64,000 nt of DNA. It comes from Octopus bimaculoides. Its lineage: Eukaryota. Under the pieces are notes generated by a model, which saw only the letters and a program-made list of their open reading frames with translations, had not been told where the DNA came from and made no database searches. Of the stretch, positions 12,516-24,520 are shown in pieces. The stretch spans positions 101,267,198 to 101,331,197 of the forward strand of contig NC_068981.1 of NCBI RefSeq assembly GCF_001194135.2, in the 5' to 3' direction. A program made the translations under genes and the position numbers. Position 1 is the first letter of the stretch. Each line of letters opens with the position of its first letter.

Positions 12516-12546
<31 letters not shown>

Positions 12547-13559
12547 ATCATAAATATATAGGGATTGACAGTAACCTGCTTCTCCAACATACTGAGAATT
12601 TTGAAATAGCAGCCAAAGAACTACTGATTCCAAAACTACAAATTTTACTCTAAATTGATAGCGATATTTATGATACACACAGAACAAAAAACAGTAGAGA
12701 AGAGTAAAAAAACCACTTGCCTTTAGTTAATTTAGTACGATCGTTTCACAGTTAAGAGCAAAGAATACTCCATTCTGATCTTCNNNNNNNNNNNNNNNNN
12801 NNNNNNNNNNNNNNNNNNNNNNNNNNNNNNNNNNNNNNNNNNNNNNNNNNNNNNNNNNNNNNNNNNNNNNNNNNNNNNNNNNNNNNNNNNNNNNNNNNNN
12901 NNNNNNNNNNNNNNNNNNNNNNNNNNNNNNNNNNNNNNNNNNNNNNNNNNNNNNNNNNNNNNNNNNNNNNNNNNNNNNNNNNNNNNNNNNNNNNNNNNNN
13001 NNNNNNNNNNNNNNNNNNNNNNNNNNNNNNNNNNNNNNNNNNNNNNNNNNNNNNNNNNNNNNNNNNNNNNNNNNNNNNNNNNNNNNNNNNNNNNNNNNNN
13101 NNNNNNNNNNNNNNNNNNNNNNNNNNNNNNNNNNNNNNNNNNNNNNNNNNNNNNNNNNNNNNNNNNNNNNNNNNNNNNNNNNNNNNNNNNNNNNNNNNNN
13201 NNNNNNNNNNNNNNNNNNNNNNNNNNNNNNNNNNNNNNNNNNNNNNNNNNNNNNNNNNNNNNNNNNNNNNNNNNNNNNNNNNNNNNNNNNNNNNNNNNNN
13301 NNNNNNNNNNNNNNNNNNNNNNNNNNNNNNNNNNNNNNNNNNNNNNNNNNNNNNNNNNNNNNNNNNNNNNNNNNNNNNNNNNNNNNNNNNNNNNNNNNNN
13401 NNNNNNNNNNNNATGTATGTATGTATGTATGCATGCATGTATGTATGTACGTATGTATGTATGCATGTATGTATTATGTATGTATGTGTGTATGTATGTA
13501 TGTATGTATGTATGTGTGTCTTAGATTCAGTCATTATAAGTGCAATGTTAAGTACAGCC

Positions 13560-14000
13560 AGGTCAGATAGCAGGTCACTAAACCGACACCGCCAAAGTAG
13601 CTTGATATAGGTTTCTAGACACTCATCAGGACTAAGACAAGACCAGTCAAAAGGATAAATCGATCTCATGTATTGTGAATAGTGCGTGAGAACATAAAAA
13701 TACTCGAGCTGGTGAAGGATCACACTGTAAGACCATTGGTAGTGATGAGTAAGCTTGTGTGCTTTGATCTTGGTGAAGGTTGTCTGGCAAGGAAATGATC
13801 ACGCCAAATGAAAACTTGGCTGTTTTATTGATCTGCAACAATTTTTAATATCGAATGATCTTAGTATTTGCTTTGATTTTTGTGATTTTGCATTTGGCCA
13901 AGTGAGGCAATGTGATGCCGAGCAAACCATACCATCATTTTATTGCGGATATTTTTAACCATACCTATACGCTGCGGCTCATTAAAAAGTATAGTCGCCC
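13560..14000 (-). mobile_element. Possible highly decayed L2/CR1-group LINE 3' fragment
   Basis: Weak resemblance of SFHLA..KLTH..VILHQLEYFY to the FHL..AKKLVHALVISRLDYCN motif. Confidence 0.25.
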
Positions 14001-14224
14001 TTGTTATGTGTGAAGCAGCAGCCTCTGCAGCATCAACACAGTTGAGTCCAGATATGTTGCAGAGAGCCTCGAGAAAAGATTTCTTATCTTCGCAAATCGG
14101 TTCGTAGAATCGGTTCGCTATATGCGGATATGGTTCGTGTAAAGTGTCGCGTCATTGCACTCTCACCAGCCCTAATCTTTCTGAAGCGGCTTACATCATA
14201 TATAACCTCACTCTCTCCCTTTCT

Positions 14225-14227
14225 CTC

Positions 14228-14312
<85 letters not shown>
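14225..14312. repeat. (CT)n microsatellite
   Basis: Directly visible. Confidence 0.95.
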
Positions 14313-14316
<4 letters not shown>

Positions 14317-14619
14317 CTATGTTGAGGGTTTGAGTGTGTTGATGGGGTGATAAGTGATAAAGTCTGATTTTATGAACATGAAACAGAAGCCGTGTAGAAT
14401 TGTTTTGACATATCACAACCGGCTGAAAAATGCAATTCTTCAGAAAGTGATAATTTGTTTAATATTTTCTGTAGATATAAGAACATTTTGTTCACAAATT
14501 TCATTAATAAACTCCTAAAAAATGTTAGAATTCCCGTGAGTAGGTTCCATTCTTGCTGAATAAAAATAATGTTAATATTTAACATTAGATAGCCTTGTGC
14601 CAAAATTTGAAACTAACAT

Positions 14620-14850
14620 TAAGCATTTACTACGGCGGCTTGCTGGCAGAATTCTTAACACGCCGGGCAAAATGCTTAGCGCCATTTCGTCGTCTTTATG
14701 TTCTGAATTCAAATTCCACCGAGGTTGACTTTGCCTTTCATCCTCCGGAGTCGATAAAATAAATACCATTTGAGCACTGAGATCGATGTAATCGAGTTAG
14801 TCTCTCCCTCGAAATAGCTGGCCTTGTGCGAAAATTTGAAACCAGTATTT
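14620..14850 (+). mobile_element. tRNA-derived SINE, same family as 331-737
   Basis: CTGGCAGAAT..GAATTCAAATTCCACCGAGGTTGACTTTGCCTTTCATCCTCCGGAGTCGATAAAAT. Confidence 0.75.
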
Positions 14851-15449
14851 AACATTAGCACAAGACTATTAATTAAAAGTGAAGACAGCATACTCGATTA
14901 AACTGTCCCCGCTACATGCTTCTTTCTTGGAAAAATGAAAACAAAGTCAACTCCGGTAGATATTGAACTCGGAATTTAAGAAGTTGCAATTAACTGCAGC
15001 GTATGTCAAAATCTTACTAAAATCCTAAGTTGATTTAACTTAAAACATGATCGAAATGGAGTAAAGGGAAGTAACTCTTTGTCATTGTAAAGTAGGAAGA
15101 GTTATTTACCCTGAAAGAATATTGTATCCTGACCAAACTTAATATGTAAATCGTTTCATTTTCTTCCAACAGTGAAATTAGGGATCATAAAAGTGCAATT
15201 AGTATCAGGGTTATTTTTACCATCTTAGTTTAGTTTACATTTTTAACATATCTATATTCTAGCTTTAACTTACATATATATATAATGGTATTTTCAGTTT
15301 CCTTCTACTAAATCCAATCACAAGGCTTTGACTGGCTCAGGCTTATGGTAAAAGACACTTAATCAAGGTGTCACACATTGGGTCTGAACCTGAGACCAAA
15401 GGTAGAGAAGGAAGCTTCTTAACGACACATCCATGCATGGGTGATGATA

Positions 15450-16130
15450 GAGATATTGGAGACCCTTTGTAACTGGAGATTTTCCTTTAAAATATTTTAA
15501 CATAAACCAGAAATAGGAATCAGTGTCTCAATTTTCAATTGTTATTATTGTCATTCTTCAATCAAATATGCCAATCTTGGGAAACTGGCTTCCATTCTTT
15601 TTCTATATGAATATGTGAATATTTCTATCAAAACTTTCTTCATATTCTAAAATTGCTTCTAGTTTGGGAAGGAGCCAATTTTCCTTACATCTTTTTAACA
15701 TCTATCAAACTTGTGAAGTCATTCCATTAAAGTTATAGTTTGATATTCATTTAAAATGTGGCTAATGGATTCCTAGTTTCCTCAGGCTAACCAATTGCAT
15801 TTATATTCATAATGTCAAAACTTTTTTTTTTCTTTTCCAAAATGTAGCTGCTGTGGTTCTTTTGGAATCCTGATAATAATTATTTTAGAACTTTTCATGT
15901 TGAAACTTTAATTTCTATGTAGAATTCTTTTATCTCAATTTCTTCTAAAGCTAGATTGCACACTAGAAAGAAGTCAGTGAAAACCTGTAAAGTTTTCACT
16001 TAGCCTTTCAAAACTATTTAATATTTATTTTATAATGTTCATAAGAGAGTAAGAAGTCTATAGAATGCTATAGGACTTTTATTTGGCTTGAGAACTGTAT
16101 CTACATTGCCTAGTTTCTGTTAACTGAAGA
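15450..16130 (-). mobile_element. Highly decayed LINE RT fragment (N-terminal RT domains)
   Basis: DTVLKPNKSPIAFYRLLTLL resembles the KP..NYRPITLL motif; LSSVQSSFRR resembles the QAGFR motif. Confidence 0.45.
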
Positions 16131-16201
16131 TTGTATGAGTAACTGAAATAATATATAAGCCTTGTAATTCCCTAAGCTCTCAGTTGTTTAAAGTATACAT
16201 A

Positions 16202-17634
16202 CATCCAGAACAACGCTAATAGCTTATGAGTGAAATTTAGAATTTCTCGGTTTTCTGTGAATCGATTTTGGTAAAACTTTTCCCAGCTGGTTTGCACACT
16301 ATGGCAACACCATTGTTTTCATTATTCTATGTAACGTCCTTTCTTTTTTATTTCAGATTATTCAGTTTTTGAGTGAACCACGCTAATTGTGGCTCTCCTC
16401 TCTAAGAACAATGGAACATGGAAAAGGCCTTAATGATGAAGAAAAGTCTGTCATCATCAAGGGAAGTGCTAAAGGCATCTCTCTTCATGTAATTGCAGAG
16501 ATGTTAGGTTGTCATGTGGATACAGTTAGATGATTTCTGAAGGACCCTTCACCAAGGAAGAAACAATCCGATTGTGAGACCTCCAAGACTGTGTCAGCTA
16601 GGGATTTAAGGAATATTGACCGCAAGTTATGTGGGAAACTTGGACAAACAAGCAAAGCCATTTTCACCACCTCCATACTTCCTCATGTAGTGAAAACCAC
16701 CAGAAATTGCATCCTCAGGACCATGGCTTTCAGGCAAGGACCCCTGAAACTGCCTCCTTTAATACCCCGTCACAGGAATTTGAGGCTTCAATGGGCCCAA
16801 AAGTACATGACATTAGACATAAGCTGTGTTCTGTTCACTCATGAAACCATGATGACCTTTGACGGTCCTGACAGTTGGACAAATATTTGAGTCTACTTTG
16901 GAGATGAGCATCACCAACTACAATCTCCTGAAGGAGGTCTTTGATCCCTAGCTAGATGACATACTGCTGTCACTTCTAAGGAATCTCATATTCCCGCATG
17001 ACAACACTCCCTCCCCCTCTGCTAGGACCATCCAAACATTCCTAGGGTCTTACGGCATACAAGGTGAAAGGTTGATGGTGTGGCCGCCAGCATCTCCAGA
17101 TCTCAACCCTACTGAAAATCTTTGGTCCATCATTAAACAAGATACTTATGCCAATAGACACAAATTTATGTCAAAAGATGTCTTATGGGTGACCATCAGA
17201 GCTGCAGCAGAGGAGGTCCAACCTGCTACTATTAAGAAATTGACTGATTGCATGACTAATAGGGGTTTTGTAGCTGTCTGTCGAAATGGCGCTCATCTGG
17301 CTAAATAATTCATTATGTCAATAAATGTTGTTATATTATTATGGTTTTCTGTTCCATATATACTCAATCTATGCTTAATATGTATCATTACCCTTCATTT
17401 TCTGAAAAAAAATTTCTAGATGGGCTATTTTCATTCAAAAGCTATTAGCATGGTTCACCCAAAAACTGAAGAATCTGAAATAAAAAAGAATGGATGTTAC
17501 ACAGAATAATGAAAACATAACAATGGTGTTGACATAATGTGCAGACCAGCTGGGAAAAGTTTTATCAAAATCAATTCACAGAAAACCAAGAAATCCTAAA
17601 TTTCAATCATAAGCTATTAGCATGGTTCTGAGTG
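16202..17634 (+). mobile_element. Tc1-family DNA transposon, internally deleted, with IR/DR-type TIRs of about 190 bp
   Basis: TIRs at about 16202-16390 and 17440-17634; left TA flank at 16200-16201; transposase remnants inside. Confidence 0.88.
16411..17308 (+). pseudogene. Tc1 (DD34E-type) transposase pseudogene
   Basis: N-terminal MEHGKGLNDEEKSVII..IAEMLGCHVDTVR; LRLQWAQKY..VLFTHETMMTFDGPD; HDNTPS..WPPASPDLNPTENLWSIIKQ; stops, frameshifts and a deletion. Confidence 0.88.
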
Positions 17635-17654
17635 GAGAGTGCATTGTCAGAAGT

Positions 17655-17735
17655 CTTTGTAATTAATTAATAGAGCTTTGTAATTAATAGAGCTTTGTAA
17701 TTAATTAATAGAGTTTTGTAATTAATTAATAGAGC
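17655..17735. repeat. AT-rich minisatellite, 17-21 bp unit x4 (CTTTGTAATTAATTAATAGAG)
   Basis: Directly visible. Confidence 0.85.
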
Positions 17736-17849
17736 TCAAACATGATTTCACTAACGCCACAGTAGCAATAATTAGACAGTAATCTTATTTTTAAAATCCT
17801 GAAATCCTAGTCACTCTTAGACTATCTGCAAGTTCAGTATATTCATTAA

Positions 17850-18250
17850 GTTAGCATACATAGTATGGTTTTATATATTCCAGCATATCTGATGCACCTA
17901 ACTTCTCAGTTTGCTGCTAATCTTCTAGTTATTCTACAGTACCATTTGTGTTTCTGTTGTATGGTATACACTGCATTTATAGTTCCTTCCTACATACCAG
18001 CATTCCCTAACATTGTTGTCTTTATCTCAGCCATACCCATCTTTCAATTCAAGCCTAGTTTTTCAAGTTTTAAATTTCTTTTGCAGGTTTTCAACTGATT
18101 CTGCAATGGGAAATAGATCTTAGGAATAGAGAAATTTCCATAACCATCTACTTCTTGACCAATTCTCACAATTTTCGGAGTTATTTCCATTTTCATAGAA
18201 TGCTTAAATTCGAAAATACTGTAACTTTTTCTGTTTTATTTTATATGAAT
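17850..18250 (-). mobile_element. Decayed LINE RT fragment (post-YADD region)
   Basis: DLFPIAESVENLQKKFKT*KLGLN resembles DIVLIAES.EELQ.ML..GL.MN. Confidence 0.4.
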
Positions 18251-18807
18251 GCTTTAAAGTTCAAAATGCTTCAAATCTGGATTTTAAGAATATCTAAAAC
18301 TAGAAGGAAATAAAGAAAAACTGGAGTTACAATAAGAAAAAACTTTTGAGTTTTCAGTCATTTAAAAAATATTTATTGAAAGCAATCATATTATTATTTT
18401 TGTCATCATCATCGTCGTCGTCATCGTCATCATCATCATCATCATCATTGTCATGATAAGATGCCACATCATCAAGATCATCAACCTCCAATAGTTTAAC
18501 ATGTTTTTTTTGGATGATATAAGAGGGACTAGGTCTACCCCATTCTATACTTTTCATTCTAATCCTTTGTCATTGTATCTTTAAATATGATAAAACTATC
18601 AAGTTGCAAATTGTTCAATTTATTCCTAGAGCTTTTTACTACTGATTTCAAAACTTTCTTACATAATCATATATACTCATTTGCATTACATGTTTATAAT
18701 CATTTTTTTCTTTGCATCACTATAGTAAAATCCTTATCACAACTCACATTCAGTTTATCTTTCAAACGCAAATGAAAATCAGATGTAGAAGTTTGTCAAG
18801 AGTTTAA

Positions 18808-18938
18808 CCTTTTAGCATTCAGATTTTGATGATGTGATTGTATATGATGTGAATGACATTGTAGGGTTAGTGAGAGGCCAGACCTGGTCAGTTGGAGCAT
18901 AAAGCAAGCTGGATGTGGCCAATTTAAATGCTAAAGGG
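18808..18938. mobile_element. piggyBac-type MITE
   Basis: TTAA|CCTTTTAGCATT ... AATGCTAAAGGG|TTAA. Confidence 0.7.
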
Positions 18939-19600
18939 TTAAAAGGATTAGAGATAAATAATCCCTTACAGAGGAAACTCATATATCACATGTAATTTTT
19001 TGGTTTCTTTATATGTTGGGCAGATGTGGTGTGGAAGTGCGTATGACACTTATAGACCCTCTAAGGCTGTTGAGGTCCATGCCCAGTTTGAATATTTATA
19101 AGGCAATGAAGACTGAAGAGAGACAGAACCAGATCTAATTTAAAAGCTTGCAACAGAGTGAATTCTGCTAAAGGCACCTAAAGACCAGGTGATGGTAGTA
19201 AGCTGAATGACATGCTAAACCTTCCAATCAGGATATCTGGGTGTGATATAGTCAAACAAGAGAAAGTAACTAAGATACTGCACAAATACACAAAAATACT
19301 GCACAAATACACAACAACATATAAATATCCTGGTTTCAATAGGATTGTCATTTAGTAATTTTGTGAATTCATAAAATAAATGTTGAAATTATTATAGTAG
19401 GGAGTTTCATAATGTCATAATGACACCACTGAAAATTTTATTTCTATTTTAAAAAATTTTAAATAAATAAAAATAAAACAGAAAGATAACTTATCCCACT
19501 GTGTGACACCTTGGGCATGTGTCTTCTACTATAGCCTCAGGCTAACCAAAGCCTTGTGAGTGGATTTGTTAGATGAAAACTGAAAGAAACTCATCGTATA

Positions 19601-19641
<41 letters not shown>

Positions 19642-19763
19642 CTTTGTGTCTGTGTTTGCTCCCACCCACCCACCATCCACCATCACATGACAACTGATGC
19701 TGGTGTACATTATTTATATTATTTACATTCAATGTATATTTGTCCTCATCTTGTTTGTTGTTA

Positions 19764-19807
19764 ACGCAATGTTTCGGCTGATATACCCTCCAGCCTTCTT
19801 CAGGTGT
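19764..19807 (-). ncRNA. Minimal hammerhead motif, degenerate (tail copy 1)
   Basis: ACAC-CUGAAGA-A-GGCUG/loop/CAGCC-GAAA-CA-UU-GCGU. Confidence 0.5.
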
Positions 19808-20191
19808 CTTGGGGAAATTTCAAACCTGGTTTCTCATTCCTAAGGTATTTTTCGATATTATTATTATTATTATTTGGCAGAATCGTTAGCACGCCGGGCG
19901 AAATGTTTAGCGGTATTTTGTCTGCCGCTACGTTCTGAGTTCAAATTCCGTCGAGGTCAACTTTGCCTTTCATCCTTTCGGGGTCGATTAAATAAGTACC
20001 AATTACGCACTGGGGTCAATATAATCGGCTTAATCCCTGTCTGTCTTTGTTTGTCCCCTCTATGTTTAGCCCCCTGTGGGCAAAAAAGAAATAAATTATT
20101 ATTATTATTATTCAGGTCACTGCTTGGAATCAAACTCAGAATCTTGTGGTTAGTAGCCCGCACTCTTAACCACTACGCCAATTTCCCCAAG

Positions 20192-20235
20192 ACACCTGAA
20201 GAAGGCTGGAGGGTATATCAGCCAAAACGTTGTGT
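20192..20235 (+). ncRNA. Minimal hammerhead motif, degenerate (inverted tail copy 2)
   Basis: ACAC-CUGAAGA-A-GGCUG/loop/CAGCC-AAAA-CG-UU-GUGU; G12 changed to A. Confidence 0.5.
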
Positions 20236-20739
20236 TAACAACAAACAAGATGAGGACAAATATCCGTCGAATATAAATAATGTAAATAATATAAATAATG
20301 TACATAATTCCTCATCTCTTAAATATAGAACTGATGTTGGTGTATTTACATCTCCATAACTTAGTGGTTTGGCAAAAGAGACCAATAGAATAAGAACTAG
20401 GCTTACAAAGAATAAGTCCTAGGGTTGATTTCTTTAACTAAAACCCTTTAAGGTGGTGCTCTAGCATGGCCACAGTCAAATGACTAACAAGTAAAAGAAT
20501 AAAAGAATACACACACCACACATACACACACACACTCACACATGCATGCATGTGTGGTTAAGAAGCTTGTTTTGTAACCACATGGTTTCAAGTTCAGTCC
20601 CAAAGAAATGAGTTCTATTACATTATACCCCCAGGTCAACCAATAGCTTGTGAGTGAATATGGTAGACAGAATTATGTGGAAACACTTCATGAGTATATA
20701 CATATATTATTGATGCCGTGAGAATTTCTAAAATTTCAG

Positions 20740-21660
20740 GAGAATAGGGTCGATGATGGGTGCCGGTGAGGAGGGTGGTGTTGGAGAGGTAAGGGCAAGT
20801 GCGGCAGCGTGGGCGGGAGCAGGGGAACGAGCCAGGTTGGGAGGTTGGAGAAGAAGCTGTGGACCAAGAGGTCTCGTAGGTTGTGGGCTCGTTTGAAGGA
20901 GGGGAGGGGTCGGTTAGGGAAGATGTGTGAAGTGGAGGGGTCAGACTGGAGACTCCAGAAAGCTCGGAGAATGGTGCATTGGAGAGGTAGGGTGATAGGG
21001 TGGTAGGTGAGGGGAAAAGGGAGGTGGGAGACGGCAGGGCGGGTTCGGTGGGAGTGAACAGATGCACGATCCACGGAACTTGCTCTGGCAAAGGCGGTGT
21101 GGATAGTGGTGAGGGGATATCCACATAGGATGAAGTGGGGAGCCATGAGTTGAGACTGAGTCTCAAAGTCATGGTCGTCACTACAGAGCCTGCGTAGATG
21201 GAGGAATTGGGAATAGGGGATGGAAAGCTTGGTGTGTTTAGGATGGGAGGAGGAGAAGTTGAGGTATGAGTGTGAGTCTGTGTGTTTGTAGTGGATGGAG
21301 GTGGTGAGAGTGGAGTGATGAATGCTGACCGAAATGTCAAGAAAGGAGACAGAGGTGTCAGAGACAGAGGTGTCAGAGACAGTGCAGGAGAATTTACGAA
21401 AAAAACAAACAACGAAGACGGGTGTTTAAACAACAAACAAATGTATTAGTTTAACACTCAGGAAGTGAGAAAGTCTTTTACGTTTCGAACCTACGCTCTT
21501 CAACAGAAAGGAACACAGAAATAAACAGGGAGAGAAAATAGAAAACGGTTTAGTGGCTAGCAATCTATCATGGCGAATGCCGGACAGAGGGGTCACACAG
21601 GAGAGTTAGGAAGAAAGGGAGAATAAAGTAGTGGAGATAATAAAGTAGTGGTGATCCCAA
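20740..21660 (-). mobile_element. Penelope-like element fragment: C-terminal ORF and terminal repeat
   Basis: PLTYHP..LQSDPSTSHIF..PLPSFKRAHNLRDLLVHS and GSFPCSRPRCRTCPYL; hammerhead-like motif at 21475-21510. Confidence 0.8.
21475..21510 (-). ncRNA. Minimal hammerhead-like motif with variant core CUGUUGA
   Basis: CUUU-CUGUUGA-A-GAGC(GUAG)GUUC-GAAA-CG-UA-AAAG. Confidence 0.55.
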
Positions 21661-22307
21661 AACGAAGATGCACGTGTGTATGTATGTGCGTGTGGAAGGG
21701 GTTGGTGACATTGACGTGTGCGTGTGTGCATGTGTAGATGTGTGGATGATGGTGCAGGTGCTGGGAAGTGGTCAGTGCTAGTGTATGCGGGGTGGTGTGA
21801 TGTAGTGAGATGTGGTATGGTGGTGTGTGGTGTGGTGTGGTATGGTGTGGTGGTGTGTAGTGTGGTGGAGTGGTGTGGTGTGTGGTGTGGAGGAGGTGAG
21901 AGTGGAGGAAGCAAGGGTGGAGTCTTAGGGATGGGATAAGGGTGGGATAGGATGTATAGGGATGGTAGGGTTGGAATGTGTAGGGGTGGGGTGACGAAGG
22001 AAGGGTAACAATGAAGGGAGAGGGTAGAAGGGAGAAGGTGGGTAAGAGAGAAGAGAGGAAATAGGTGCCAAAGCAAGAGAGAAGTGGGTGGGAGGAAATG
22101 TCATTCTTTGAATTCTTTTCACAGATTTTGACAAATAACCATTTGCAACACTTGTAACGTATTAGGAAGTTCCGGCTTCCTCTAATTTATGGAATAACAT
22201 TGTCCAGAGAACAGAAAAGTCGTATGGAAACGTATGCTTGGCTTTTAAGAACGAGAATGAGACAAATAGAAGAGAATGGTGAAGAGTACTAAGAAACGAG
22301 AGGTGTG

Positions 22308-22377
<70 letters not shown>

Positions 22378-22619
22378 CTGAGCCAAGACAAAGGGCAAGC
22401 AAGAAACTAGAAGTCCCTAATGAAGAGGTACTTACCACCACGGAGTGCCTAAACTTTACGGAACCTCGAAAAATACCTCCAATGTATTTAAATCTAATAC
22501 AGCCCATGAAATCTTATACTAATCATATACTGTGCTGATTTTAGAGGAAACGGGGAATGAATACCAGGTGGTTCTAGATGGCAGGTTAATGAAGATCACA
22601 TCAGTAGTTTTTCAATAAC

Positions 22620-22990
22620 GGAGAGATTACGTCAGGCCCACAATCATTAGGTAGTGAGTTCGATCCCCGGACCGGGCTGTGTGATGTGTGCTTGAGCAAG
22701 ACACTTTATTTCACGTTGCTCCAGGTCACTTAGCAGTAGAAATGAGTTGCGACGTTACTGGTACCAAGTTGTATCGGCCTTTACCTTTCCTTTGAATAAT
22801 ATCAGTGACGTAGAGAAGGGAGGCGAGTATGCATGAGGCAACTTCTGGTCTTCCATAAACAACCTTGCCCGGCCTTGTGCCTCGGAGAGGGACTTTCTAT
22901 GTGCAGTTCCATGGTCATTCATGACCGAAAGGTGTCTTTTACGTTCCAAATGGCGAAGGGGCTACACGACTCAGTTGAAACCAAAACTTC
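22620..22990 (+). mobile_element. CORE-like tRNA-derived SINE
   Basis: GTGAGTTCGATCCC B box, then TGCTTGAGCAAGACACTTTATTTCACGTTGCTCCAG. Confidence 0.65.
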
Positions 22991-23899
22991 TGAGAGGCAA
23001 TTTCGGCGCATTATTTTGCAGAAGGTAATCAGAGTGAAAAGAGGTTTGGCGGAGTTATGATCCTATTTAGTGGTGGCTTTTATTCCTGGAAAGATTGGTT
23101 GTTCTCATTTGTATTTGTTTTGTGTACCAGATATTTTAAAACATTTAATATATTTGTATTAGCAGTGGTACATGGTATATGGTAATCCTCAGTAGGTAAG
23201 ACCAACACCATATCCCCGAAGTACTCTTCTGGAATCACTAACACAATCAACAGTTTCCCTCCCCCAACCAGTACATCAAAACAGAAACAAATATTCGCAC
23301 GCGCTCACATAGGCACGACTTCCTTCGGGTTCAGGCCTCTCCGACACAGAGACCTTGCGTAGCGAGGTCGAGACGAATAAAAAACGCCTTAAGCTTAAAA
23401 GCCGGAATGATAGACGGTACAGCAGAAAGGTCCTCGATCAACCACCTACAACCACAACAAAAAAAAAACGGAAATAAACACAAGAACTACAACAAAACCC
23501 ATAAAACCCTATCCCATCATCAACTTCCCTGCCGTACGAAAGAACAACCGTGACTTCACATAGGAGATAATAAACAACAAAAACACACCAAAGGAGAAGG
23601 TTTCGATTAAATCCGGTACAAAATACCACGACAACGAAACTCACACGCCTACACAGCACTCTGATCAAAATTCTCTTATGACATATGAACACGTCATCTT
23701 ATGACGTATGAATGTTTCGTAAGACACCAAAAATAAGTAAAAATAAGTTAGAAAAGCCTCTCACGAAACGTCTCCCCAATTTCCGGTATTGAGAAAACCA
23801 GATTACCTGTTCTATTACTAGTTCAATGGGAGTGACCTCTTCCTTTTTCAGTTCACCGCACATGGACGATGGTTGGCATGGAAACAAATTCATTTACTC

Positions 23900-24520
23900 A
23901 ACGATCACAGATCTTTACATTTTAATAGACGAAAATTTCTAGGTCATGCACCGCGCCAACCTTCGACGACTATGAGGTGTATGTATCATGTGGTCTGTCA
24001 GGATCAGGGGAAAGGATAACACTGTTATTTCATAAGGGCTCGAAGCTCAAGACACAGACGGCATTCTAGGACCCAGAAGTTAAGTTAGTGGTGCTGGACG
24101 TGAGTGACAATAAAGGCAGTGCTTTCACGTAAGTGACTGAGTAAAAGCGGTCGGATTGCTTTAGATTTCTTTATTGGGTAAGTCCTGCTCATTGACCCTA
24201 GTGAGAGACGAGAACGGTGTGGCGTACAAAGTTTACATTGTCCGGATTAGTGAGTTAGGAAGGTGGAAGTTAATGGAAAAGATTATCAATCAGAGTAGAA
24301 TCGATAGCATTTAGCAAAGAGATACGATAGAAACAGATTGGAAGAGAGCTATTGAGTAAATTAGGAAAGATTAGGAAAGGTATCGCAACTGATATGTTGG
24401 AAATAAGAATGGCTCTCGATCATTTCTTCAACGCGAAATACATTATCAGGACTAAAGCGCGCACTCTTTTTAACGATGGAACTAAGGATAGGTTGTCAAG
24501 AGATGAAACATAGCAACAAA
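23900..24520 (+). mobile_element. Decayed Tx1/L1-group LINE AP-endonuclease fragment
   Basis: YEVYVSCGLSGSGERITLLFHKGSKLKTQTAF*DPEVKLVVLDVSD resembles the L1/Tx1 endonuclease DPEGRLVVLDV motif. Confidence 0.55.

Larger units (their letters stand above)
19708..20328 (-). mobile_element. Composite insertion: tRNA-like head, (AAT)n, hammerhead tail and an inverted tail copy, with a nested SINE at about 19875-20040
   Basis: Head TGGCGTAGTGG..GAGTTTGATTCC (20180 to 20112); tail to 19708; inverted tail 20181-20328; flanking repeat AACTGATG(C/T)TGGTGTA at 19692-19707 and 20329-20344 splitting a host SINE. Confidence 0.7.

Noticed and set aside
13600-13640. CTGATGA-GTGTCTA-GAAAC on the minus strand, resembling a hammerhead
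   Set aside because: No pairable stem II and no stem I partner after a UH site.
6162-13723. Long ORFs (240-385 aa) in the ORF track, also at 27217-28128, 44883-46043 and 60316-61332
   Set aside because: Artefacts of reading through N gaps and flanking microsatellites.
17655-17735. Direct repeats here and at 46660-47070 considered as CRISPR-like arrays
   Set aside because: Head-to-tail tandem units with no unique spacers, eukaryotic context and no cas genes.
18354-18557. Poly-Asp ORF (KLLEVDDLDD..D14..) as a possible acidic C-terminal exon
   Set aside because: Built on a (CAT/CGT)n microsatellite, bounded by an in-frame stop just upstream, with no acceptor or homology.
20112-20180. tRNA-like sequence as a real tRNA gene (also SINE heads at about 1780-1855 and 49055-49120)
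   Set aside because: No complete acceptor stem and continues into repeat bodies; these are SINE heads.
20636-22134. Pro/His/Thr-rich ORFs of 150-266 aa
   Set aside because: Low-complexity (GT/GGA)-rich DNA plus Penelope remnant frames; not a host gene.
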